DNA of 64,000 bases from an uncultured Candidatus Binatia bacterium. Its GTDB lineage: Bacteria; Desulfobacterota; Binatia; UBA9968; JAJDTQ01. Numbering within the stretch: position 1 is the stretch's first letter; each line of letters opens with the position of its first letter. Both the position numbers and the translations under genes were made by a program. The stretch spans positions 2,784,001 through 2,848,000 of the forward strand of contig OZ219754.1 in NCBI GenBank assembly GCA_964291295.2, given 5' to 3'. Below the pieces are notes generated by a model. It made no database searches. It worked only from the letters and a program-made list of their open reading frames with translations, and had not been told where the DNA came from. Below, piece by piece: positions 8,310 to 16,582 of the stretch.

Positions 8310-9251
8310 ATGGCAGACAGCCACATTCCCTGCGGCATCGAGATTCCCCAGGTGTTCATCAACGGACCCGTCGATTCCGGGCACATCAGAAAATTCGTCG
8401 TCCGGGCCGAGGAGCTGGACTACGACAGCCTCTGGACCCAGGAGCGGAATCTCAGCGATTTCTCCATGCTGGAACCGCTCACCCTCATGACCTATGCGGC
8501 GGCGGTGACCTCAAGACTCAGGATCGGCGCCTCGGTGCTGCTGACGGTGCTCCGCAACCCCCTGCAGCTCGCCAAGAGCTTGGCCAGCCTGGACCAGTTG
8601 AGCGGCGGGCGGATCATCGCCGGCATCGGGCTGGGCGGTGTCCGCGGGCGCATGTGGCCGGAGTCGGAGACCGTCTACGGCTATGCTTCCGAACACCGCG
8701 TGACCCGTTTCGTGGAGGGCATCCGGGTCATGCAGGCGCTCTGGCGCGACCCGCAGGTCACCTTCCAGGGCCGGTTCTGGAATTTCACCGATGTCGCCAT
8801 GGAGCCCAAGCCGGCACAGCGGCCATTCCCCTTGTGGTTCGGAGGCCACGCGGAGCCGGCGCTCCGGCGGGCGGTCCGGTTCGGCCACGGATTCATGGGA
8901 GCGGGTTCCTCCCCCACCGAGCGTTTCATCAAGGAGCATGAACGGATCACGCGTTTCCTGGACGAGGCCGGACGGGACCCCGCGAGCTTCGCCATCTCCA
9001 AGCGTGTCTACCTGGCCGTGGACAACGACCGCCACCGGGCGGAGCGCCGTCTGCGGGAGTTTTTCGCGGTGCGGTACCGGAACGCCGACCTCGCCTCGCG
9101 GGTGTGCATCCGGGGCGGACGCCAGGAGGTCATCGACAGGCTCAATGAGGTGGTGCGCGCCGGCGCCCGCCACCTGCTGCTCAATCCCGCCTTTGACGAG
9201 ATGGAGCATCTCGAACTCCTTGCGGAAGAGGTCGTCCCTCACTTGGGCTAG
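8310..9251 (+). CDS. LLM class flavin-dependent oxidoreductase
   Basis: AEELDYDSLW, LAKSLASLDQLSGGR, PKPAQRPFPLWFGG; start at ATG 8310. Confidence 0.88.
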   Translation: MADSHIPCGIEIPQVFINGPVDSGHIRKFVVRAEELDYDSLWTQERNLSDFSMLEPLTLMTYAAAVTSRLRIGASVLLTVLRNPLQLAKSLASLDQLSGGRIIAGIGLGGVRGRMWPESETVYGYASEHRVTRFVEGIRVMQALWRDPQVTFQGRFWNFTDVAMEPKPAQRPFPLWFGGHAEPALRRAVRFGHGFMGAGSSPTERFIKEHERITRFLDEAGRDPASFAISKRVYLAVDNDRHRAERRLREFFAVRYRNADLASRVCIRGGRQEVIDRLNEVVRAGARHLLLNPAFDEMEHLELLAEEVVPHLG

Positions 9252-9253
9252 CC

Positions 9254-11700
9254 CTACCCATGCCCCACAAGTGATGCGAGAGTAAAGAGGGTGGCCGTTG
9301 TTTTCACGTTATCTGCTCCATCATGAGTTGGTATCCGATGCACCATTCAACGAGGGTGAGGTGACCCCGCCAGATCACCATTGTTCCCGGGGGTGGTCCA
9401 CGGGTGCGATGGATATGACCGCCGATCCGCGCCAGGGTGAGGACGGCGGTGGCCAGGGTATCGGGAGGGGCGTAGCGCTGTCGCGCGGCGAAGGCCTTCA
9501 GCGCCTTGATTTCGAGTTCGGAGAACAGGATGTCGGGTGACAGGTCCGGATGATCGCGTCCGAGCAGTGTCATCAGGTGAATGCGCCATGCGATGACAAG
9601 GTTGATGGCGACGGCCCGGGCGAGGCGGTCGGCCGAGCGGTTTTCGAGTTCCTCGACCTTGCAACCGGACTTCAGGATCCGGTGCCAGTCCTGGATCCGC
9701 CAGCGCCGGGCGTAGTACCCGACCAGGGTCCTGCAGTCCTCCAGGGTGTCGGTGGGAAGGGTGGTGAACAGCAGCCAGCGGATGGGGACGGCATCGACGG
9801 GCGTACGCTCCTCCTCGACCATCACCGCCTGCAGGCGGATCGGCGGCTTGCCCTGATTCTTGGGGCTCGTGGGTGCGAGTTCCACGGTCTGGGCGCGCAC
9901 CGTCAGGGTGGCGCAGCGCGCCGTGCGGGCGGCCTTGGCCGGGCGCTTGCTTCGCTTGGGCCGTGGGGTCAGCCGGTCCAAGGCGACGATCAGGGTGCCG
10001 AGGACCGGGGCCGCCTGCAGGGCCTTCCGCACCGATGTGGCCGGGCCGGTGGCGCCGTAGGCATGGACAGCGGCCACCCGGCGGGTCTGCTTGCCTCGCA
10101 CCAGGATGTCGGCGTCCGGGTGCGCCTGTTGCGTCTCGAAGACCTCGAAGGCGTCCGCCTCCCGATCCATCACGCAGACCACCCGGCCCTCCGGGAGGTC
10201 CCGGCCCAGCGCGGCACAGTTCCGGTACCCTTCGAGCCAGCGTCCGGTCTTGCTCGGTTCGGGTGTCCTCGGCTCGTCCTTGGCCGGCGGTGCATCAAAA
10301 CGGGCCCCGACAACCCCCAGCGGCAGGCCGCTCGGGGTCACCGCCAGTGTCGAATGCAGATGCAGGCCCCGTGAAACGGCGCCGGTCTGGTTGACACCGA
10401 TGACCCCGAGCCCCTCGCAGCCCGGACGCGATGCAAAGTTCAGGTCCGTGCCGTCCTGGATGCACAGCACCACCGGCTCGGCCCGCATGCGCTCCCGCGT
10501 GCGGGCACGGTGCGGCTCCAGGATGGCCGCCGGCGTCACCGCGGTCCTGTGGGGCTGGTCGATGAACCGGTAGTACCCCTTGATCTCGGCCCGGTTGCCG
10601 CTCGCGGCCTGCGGAAAGGACCCCATCGGTCGTGCTCCCTTCAACTGCGCAATCGCCACCAGACGGGCGCTCAGACGGGCATCGCCGAACGCCGCGCCGC
10701 CCAACTCCGCCCCGGCCCAGGACGGCCCGTCAAGACCCTCCGCCGGGTCCAGCCTGAGGGTGTCCGCCGGGGGCGGTGAGACACCCAGGCGGGTGCGCCA
10801 GTCACCCACCAGTTCATGGATATAGACCGCCTTGCCCCCCACCGCCACAGCGTGGCCACCGTCCTGCCGACCCCGGCCTGCAGTCTCGCCCAGCCACCGC
10901 CAGTTGCCGGCCCGCAGGCTGGCCCCACCATGGGGCGGCGACACGAAGGTCTCCATGAGCCATGGCGCGAAACCATAGCGCGCGGCAAAATCCGCCCCGA
11001 AGCGGCGCAGAAGCTGTCCCAGCACATGCGACGCCAAGTTGCGGCAGCGCACTTCCGGTCGGATCAGGAACCGGGACAAACCCACCACCCGGTGCAGATG
11101 CTGCCGGCGCGTCGCCGCGTCCCAGCCGATCCAGCGGTCCCGCACCGCAAGCTGCAGGGCCGATGCCGCCACCCCCATGGCCCCCAGCCAGCCGTGCTCC
11201 GACCCCAGCAAATACCGCATCTGCCGGCCCACCAGCGGCCCGGCCCCCTGCGGATGCTCGTGCTCCATCAGTCCCTGCCAGATCTCCCGCTGTGCCGGAT
11301 CCACAACCGCAACCAGCGCCAGACCCCGAACCTCACCAACCTCCGCCGGAACCCCCCGTGCCGGCGCCACCGGCGACGACCGGCGCCGCCGGACACAACT
11401 CCCACCGGGCGTTCGCCGGGCCGGAAGCCGGATCTGCCCGGCCCGCTCCAGAGCCCGCAGGGCGGACAGGCAGGTGGAAATCTGAGGCTGCCCCCGGCCA
11501 TCGCGGAAACCGAAATCAGCACACAGACGTTCGGCAAGCGCCGTGCGATGCGGAATGCCCCCCGCATCCAGAAGCTCGGTGATATGATGCACCGACCCAG
11601 GCTGGGCAAGCTGGTGCCGGATCTGGTGCTGAACATCCATGGCCCGCACCGTAGCACCGCCCGAATCAAATGTCCAGCATCACTTGTGGGGCATGGGTAG
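9254..11700 (-). mobile_element. IS4-family (IS50-like) insertion sequence with DUF4338-fused transposase
   Basis: Perfect terminal inverted repeats CTACCCATGCCCCACAAGTGATGC (9254-9277 / 11677-11700; match extends to 28 bp, 9250 / 11704) enclosing one 781-aa ORF. Confidence 0.9.
9304..11649 (-). CDS. DUF4338 (DruA-like)-IS4 family transposase fusion, catalytic Glu apparently replaced by Gln
   Basis: N-terminal RDRWIGWD...RFLIRP...NLASHVLG...METFV...NWRWLGETAGRGR; Tn5-like WAGAELGGAAFGDARLSARL; DDE region IQDGTDLNF, VMDREAD, YARRWRIQDWHRILK. Confidence 0.88.
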   Translation of the reverse strand: MRAMDVQHQIRHQLAQPGSVHHITELLDAGGIPHRTALAERLCADFGFRDGRGQPQISTCLSALRALERAGQIRLPARRTPGGSCVRRRRSSPVAPARGVPAEVGEVRGLALVAVVDPAQREIWQGLMEHEHPQGAGPLVGRQMRYLLGSEHGWLGAMGVAASALQLAVRDRWIGWDAATRRQHLHRVVGLSRFLIRPEVRCRNLASHVLGQLLRRFGADFAARYGFAPWLMETFVSPPHGGASLRAGNWRWLGETAGRGRQDGGHAVAVGGKAVYIHELVGDWRTRLGVSPPPADTLRLDPAEGLDGPSWAGAELGGAAFGDARLSARLVAIAQLKGARPMGSFPQAASGNRAEIKGYYRFIDQPHRTAVTPAAILEPHRARTRERMRAEPVVLCIQDGTDLNFASRPGCEGLGVIGVNQTGAVSRGLHLHSTLAVTPSGLPLGVVGARFDAPPAKDEPRTPEPSKTGRWLEGYRNCAALGRDLPEGRVVCVMDREADAFEVFETQQAHPDADILVRGKQTRRVAAVHAYGATGPATSVRKALQAAPVLGTLIVALDRLTPRPKRSKRPAKAARTARCATLTVRAQTVELAPTSPKNQGKPPIRLQAVMVEEERTPVDAVPIRWLLFTTLPTDTLEDCRTLVGYYARRWRIQDWHRILKSGCKVEELENRSADRLARAVAINLVIAWRIHLMTLLGRDHPDLSPDILFSELEIKALKAFAARQRYAPPDTLATAVLTLARIGGHIHRTRGPPPGTMVIWRGHLTLVEWCIGYQLMMEQIT

Positions 11701-12843
11701 GGCTGCGCTGGGTATCCTGGGAGTTGCGGGTGGGGGTTTCGGGCAAGTCGTCGATCTCGCGTGCGCGCAGCCGTCTGGGATCAAGGCCGTTTCTGGAGTT
11801 GCGCGATGCTTGCGTGAAGCCCCTGGCGGTCCATTCGACGATGGGGTCATGGTACCGGGGCCTTCGTCTGATGGCGATGGACGGCACGACGCTGGCGGTT
11901 CCGGATGAGGCGGAGAACCGGGAGCCGTTCGGACTTCCCGGCCCGTCGCGCGGTCGTGCCGCCTTTCCCCAGCTCAGGCTGTGGGCTCTCACGGAACTCG
12001 GCACCCGGGCACCGTTGGCTTGGTGCGCTGGCCCGTTGTCCGAATCGGAGATGGAACAAGCCGAACGGCTCGTGTCGCACCTCAAGCCGGGCATGCTGGT
12101 GCTGGCGGACCGCTACCATAGCGGGTTTCCCCTGTGGTCGGCGGCCCATGCGAAGGGTGTGCACCTCCTCTGGAGAGTCCGGTCGAACCGGACATTTCCC
12201 GTGCACAAAAGTCTCCCGGACAGCTCCTGGTTGAGCGTCTTCAAAGGTTCCGGCAGGGACCGCAAGCGCAGTCAGGGTAGTGGCCCGGTGCGGGTGGTGA
12301 GCTACCGCCTGCCTGGAACCGATGACACCTATACCTTGATTACCACGCTGCTCGATCCCCAACGAGCACCGGCCTCCGAACTCGCCGCGCTCTACCATGA
12401 ACGCCGGGAAATCGAGACCCCCTGCGACGAGGTGAAAACACACATGCTCGGACCCGGCGCCATGCTCCGCAGCAAAACCCCTGATCTGGTCCATCAGGAA
12501 CTCCACGGCCTGATGCTCGCCCTTTACGCCGTGCGCCACCTCATCCACCAAGCTGCACAACCCTCTGGCGAAGACCCGGATCGACTATCCTTCCTTCACG
12601 CCGTCAATGTCCTCCGTCGTCGCATCGTCAATCCCCGTGATTTTCCCCCCAGGAACCCAACCCATGAACCCTGAACTCGATATTCTCAGCGAAATCCTCG
12701 AAGAACGCGCCGTCTCCAGCCGCGGGCAACTCAAACCCCGAGGCGTCAAGCGCAAAATGAGCAACTTTCCGATTCGGGCTCGAACCCCTCTGTCCCGCAA
12801 GCTCCACCCCTGGACCCCCGTATTCTCCCCTGTTCCTGCTTAA
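11701..12843 (+). pseudogene. IS4 family transposase, 5'-truncated, C-terminal tail in another frame
   Basis: SSISRARSRLG, LMAMDGTTLAVPD, VLADR, LYHERREIETPCDEVK; main frame ends 12674, tail EILEERAVSSRG...RGVKRKMSNFP ends 12843; N-terminus cut at the adjacent IS end. Confidence 0.82.
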
Positions 12844-12856
12844 TGCAACACTATTG
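12839..12856 (+). repeat. orphan right terminal repeat of the truncated IS4 element
   Basis: CTTAATGCAACACTATTG (reverse complement CAATAGTGTTGCATTAAG) resembles IS4-group ends and lies right at the transposase 3' end. Confidence 0.5.
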
Positions 12857-12858
12857 GG

Positions 12859-13044
12859 GCTAAACTGACTCATCAACGTCTGCGCCGCAGTGTCTTTCGC
12901 AGCGTCCCGGAACGGATTGCGGCCATCAAGCACTCCTTGGTTTGCCACAATGCCAATCCCAAGCCTTTCGTCCGGACCACCTCCGTCAATGCCATCTTCC
13001 TCAAAATCTCAAAATGCAATACCATTCATGAGACATACCACCAG
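12859..13044 (+). mobile_element. IS630 family 3'-end fragment (copy 1)
   Basis: Highly similar to the reverse complement of 16117-16302; encodes AKLTHQRLRRSVFRSVPE.../...HNANPKPFVRTT. Confidence 0.8.
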
Positions 13045-13045
13045 G

Positions 13046-13170
13046 CGGAACTTCCTTCCGGCGACATCAGCAGGCATACGCAAGCATCAGGGAAGGAGAA
13101 GCATCAAGGAGTTCGCCGCATTTCATTTTCAGGCAACCATGCACCACGGAGAGGCAGCCTGTGCAAGAAT
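13046..13170 (-). repeat. diverged second copy of the lipoprotein upstream/promoter region
   Basis: CGGAACTTCCTTCCGGCGACATCAGCAGGCAT...CATTTCAT...GTGCAAGAAT aligns with 15266-15371. Confidence 0.8.
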
Positions 13171-13295
13171 TCCAGAATTATCCGCCCGGCGATTCAAACC
13201 GGTGGACTGTCAGGCCCGTGCGTTCCAGCCGGCACCCGCGACCGCGCCCCTGCCGGTCACCCCGGCCCGCATCGCAGCCCCCGTCAGCGTTCGAG

Positions 13296-13335
13296 AAAAA
13301 AAGGGCGCCCGATCCGTAGATGGATCGGGCGCCCT
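13296..13335 (-). terminator. rho-independent terminator of the lipoprotein gene
   Basis: 14-bp perfect stem AGGGCGCCCGATCC / GGATCGGGCGCCCT followed by a T-run on the minus strand. Confidence 0.9.
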
Positions 13336-13368
13336 GCTGCGTGAATCACCGCCGGTGACGGCGGCCCG

Positions 13369-15204
13369 TTACTCCCTGCGGCCGCCGAAGGAGCCGCGAA
13401 ACTCGCCGCTCTTCTTGTCCTTGGACGTGACGTCGAACACGCCGCCCACCTCTTCGCCGTTCGGTCCGAAGAAATGGCCGCTGTACTCCCTCAACTCGTA
13501 CAGGCTGCCGTCTTCGCTCATGGCAAAGCCCACAACGTCACGAAGTTGGGCGGCGGTGAATCCGCCGGCACCGGTTGTTGTGTTGTTGACATTGGTCACT
13601 TTACTGCCAGAGAACCGGTTGCCGTCGATGGTGCCGTGGAATGTGGCGACAGGGACGAGATGTCCGTGGCTCTTTTTGGCAGCATTCGGCCAGAATACCA
13701 CCCTGCGGATTTCCGTCTTGATGGTGCTTTCCCCGAAATCCACCGTTGTGGTTGCGGGTCCATCCATACCTCCGACGGTTGGAGGGTTGTTCTGGGTGCG
13801 CAGTTGCCAAACTGCATCGCCCTCGTAGGTGGCGGTACCGAAGCTTGGCATGTTGGCAGTCGGGGTCGGCCCCTTGCCCGGCAGCGCCTGGACGAATGTG
13901 ATGCCAAGGTGGGTCCGGTTTGACTTCTTGTTCCACATGCCGAAGTTCATGTGCTCGTAGGGCTTCGTCTCCGGGAAATCCGGCACATCGTAGACGAGCA
14001 ACGGACGGTACTTGAGTCCCGTGGCACCCTCGGCTCCGGTGCTCAGAAGATAGACCTTTTTCCCGCTGCTATCCGTGTAGTAGTAGACCCCCACGCCCGC
14101 GTTCGCGTCCGTGTGCGTCACATTGATCCAGTCATTGGCATTCGTCTTGTCGAATTTCGTATGCTCATCGGTGTCGACACGATAGAACTCCCCCTCCGCC
14201 CGCATGATCTTGTAGGTCTTGCTGTCAACGGTGCGCGAGCCGAACGGATTTTCTGCCGTGACCGGGGCCGTGAACTCGGCACCGTTAGTACCGCTGTCCT
14301 TGCGGTAGGCCTTCACCGCCTTGGTGTTGGTGATATATTTGTCGATCAGCCAGAGACGAAACTGCTCCGATTCGGTGATGGAACCCAGCTCCTCCGAGTC
14401 GATGCCGGAACCGATCTGTTCCGAGTCGGTGTAGGAACCGATCGTGATGATGCGTCCATAGAATCCCGTCCGGGCAGCCACCTCCGGCTTGTTCTCGGTT
14501 GCCGCCACGTAGGCGACGGGTTCCTTTGAGTGACGAGTTGAGTCGTCCGTGAGGTCGCCGGCCTTGCCGCTCTCCACCGTCTTGCCGCCGGTCTTGACCG
14601 TGACCTTGGGGGCACCTGCGGTGATGCGCGTGCCGCCGTACTCGTAGGTCATTCCCTCGACATGCCGGACCTCCCTGGCTGCGGCTTCCGTGGCCATCTT
14701 CGCCTTTTCGGCGGCTGTCGCCGCCTGAGCCTCGGCCTGAGCCTGAGCCGCCTCGGCTGCGGCTTGGGCCTTGGTGGCCGCACGCACGTCGCTCGTGGCC
14801 GCGGCCTTGTCCGACTCCATCTTGGCCTTGTCGTACTCGGCCTTCGCCATGTTGGCCGCGGTCCGGGCCTCATCCGCGTAGGTCTTCGCCGTCATGGCGC
14901 CCTTGGGAACATGGTGGAACACCAGACCCATGGTCGCGGTTTCCGCCTCATCGGCCGACGTCCCGGCGTTGTCGGACGCCGTCATGGCCTTGCCGGATGC
15001 CGTCATGGCCGCGGTCCGAGCCTCCTTCAGAATCGTCTCAACTTCCGTCAGCGGGGGGGGGGGGGGGGGGGTAGGAGTGTCCGGGGTCCGGTTGTTGCTG
15101 CTGCCACCGCATGCCGCAAGCCCGACGGCCAGCACCACCGCACCGAAGATCGCCCCCACATTCCTGTGCCTCATCCTGTACTTCAATATCCTCTCCCTTT
15201 TCAT
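13369..15204 (-). CDS. surface lipoprotein with TbpB-like C-terminal beta-barrel domain
   Basis: Signal peptide and lipobox LAAC-GG, Pro linker, Ala-rich helical stalk; C-terminus HMNFGMW...MPSFGTATYEG...VDFG...GTIDGNRFSG...GHFFGPNGEEVGGVF...GSFGG; GGAGGAG RBS before ATG 15204. Confidence 0.8.
   Translation of the reverse strand: MKRERILKYRMRHRNVGAIFGAVVLAVGLAACGGSSNNRTPDTPTPPPPPPLTEVETILKEARTAAMTASGKAMTASDNAGTSADEAETATMGLVFHHVPKGAMTAKTYADEARTAANMAKAEYDKAKMESDKAAATSDVRAATKAQAAAEAAQAQAEAQAATAAEKAKMATEAAAREVRHVEGMTYEYGGTRITAGAPKVTVKTGGKTVESGKAGDLTDDSTRHSKEPVAYVAATENKPEVAARTGFYGRIITIGSYTDSEQIGSGIDSEELGSITESEQFRLWLIDKYITNTKAVKAYRKDSGTNGAEFTAPVTAENPFGSRTVDSKTYKIMRAEGEFYRVDTDEHTKFDKTNANDWINVTHTDANAGVGVYYYTDSSGKKVYLLSTGAEGATGLKYRPLLVYDVPDFPETKPYEHMNFGMWNKKSNRTHLGITFVQALPGKGPTPTANMPSFGTATYEGDAVWQLRTQNNPPTVGGMDGPATTTVDFGESTIKTEIRRVVFWPNAAKKSHGHLVPVATFHGTIDGNRFSGSKVTNVNNTTTGAGGFTAAQLRDVVGFAMSEDGSLYELREYSGHFFGPNGEEVGGVFDVTSKDKKSGEFRGSFGGRRE
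15053..15071 (-). repeat. C19 homopolymer inside the lipoprotein CDS
   Basis: 19 consecutive G on the + strand; reads ACC (CCC)5 CCG = TPPPPPP. Confidence 0.9.
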
Positions 15205-15338
15205 TCTCGAATCTCCTCCCGCCTTCAGAAGCCGCTTTGGTACAATGCGCCTTGGTACGATGCCACGGAACTTCCCTCCGGCAACATCAGCAGGCATTCA
15301 GAAAGCGTCAAGGCTTCGTCCCATTTCATCTCCGGCGG

Positions 15339-15367
15339 CCTATACCACAGAGAGGCTGACCGTGCAA
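15339..15367 (-). promoter_or_regulatory. sigma70-type promoter of the lipoprotein gene
   Basis: TTGCAC-N17-TATAGG with TG extended -10. Confidence 0.6.
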
Positions 15368-15414
15368 GAATCTGCAAGGGGTCGAGCGCGACCCACGGTG
15401 AGGCTCCGGAAGGG

Positions 15415-16116
15415 TGTGCGCTGTCAGAGGTGGAGGTGTGTCTGGTGAAACCGGAGGAGCGTCCGGACTGGGACGTGCTGATGGACACGCATCATTATCT
15501 GGGTTTTCGCCGTCTGGCAGGCCGCGGCCTTCGCTATGTAGCCACCTTCAGAGGTCGATGGCTGGGCTTGCCGGCGTGGCAGAACGGCGCCTTCAGGTGC
15601 CGACCGCGGGACCGTTGGACCGGCTGGCGGACGAAGCAGCCGTTCGAGCTTCTGGGTCTGATCGCCAACAGCACGCGCCTTCTGCTGCTCTCCAAGCCCG
15701 GTGTGTTTCCGAATCTTGCCTCCCATTGCGTGGCGCGGATGACCCGCCGGCTGACGGACGACTGGCTGGCGGCGCACGGTCATCAGGTGCTTGTGGCCGA
15801 GACGTTCTGCGATCCGGGGTTGTTTGCGGGCACGCTTTACAAGGCGGCGGGCTGGCAGGCACTGGGCAGGACCCGCGGGTTTGCCCGCGCCAACGGGCGC
15901 TACATCGACCCTCATGGTCGGCGGAAGGAGATAGGGGGCACGCCGCTGCGGCCCGACGCCCGGGCGCTGTTTTCGAACCCGCGTCCGCTGCCCCCCGAGG
16001 TGGCGCCTCCGGCCGCCCTCGGTCTGGCTCCCCGCAACCCGGTGGCGATGCGCTCCCTGTATGCCGAACGGGCGGCCGTGCCGGACTTCCGCCGGGCGCA
16101 GGGCCGGAAGCACTCG
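15415..16116 (+). pseudogene. DUF4338 (DruA-like) N-terminal part of a probable ISAs1-family transposase, truncated
   Basis: HHYLGF...GLRYVA...RDRWTGW...NLASH...AETFCDP...GTLYKAAGWQALGRTRG, then VPDFRRAQGRKH (ISAs1-like N-terminal motif), cut by the IS630 end at 16117. Confidence 0.72.
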
Positions 16117-16520
16117 GTAGTGGTGTGTCTCATGAATGGCCTTGCATCTTGAGATCTTGCGCAGGATGGAGTTGACGGGGGTGGTCCGGACGAAAGGCTT
16201 GGGATTGGCATTGTGGCAAGCCAAGGAGTGCTTGATGGCCGCATTCCGTTCCGGGACGCTGCGAAAGACACTGCGGCGCAGACGTTGATGAGTCAGTTTA
16301 GCGAACCAACTCTCGACGAGATTGGGCCAAGAGGTACGGGTAGGCGTGAAATGGAGTTGGAAGCGGGGGTGAGCGGCCAGCCACCGGCACACCGCTTCAT
16401 GCTTATGGGTTCCGTAGTTGTCCAGGATGATGTGCCGGGTCCGGTCGCGGGGGAACGCACGGTCGAGGCGCCGCAGGAACTCCTGATGCCGATGGCGTCC
16501 GTGGCACTGACCGATGAAGG
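16117..16520 (-). mobile_element. IS630 family transposase 3' fragment with right end (copy 2)
   Basis: GQCHGRHRHQEFL...HIILDNYGTHKH...HPRFQLHFTPTRTSWPNLVESWF; ends at a TA dinucleotide. Confidence 0.85.
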
Positions 16521-16582
16521 CGCTTCGTCCAGGTACGACCGACCCCGACCGTGCAGCAGCCGGCCCGCTGACGGCTACGGTC

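Noticed and set aside
9304-16116. Complete Druantia defence system
   Set aside because: Only DUF4338 domains attached to transposases; no DruE-like helicase or other Dru genes adjacent.
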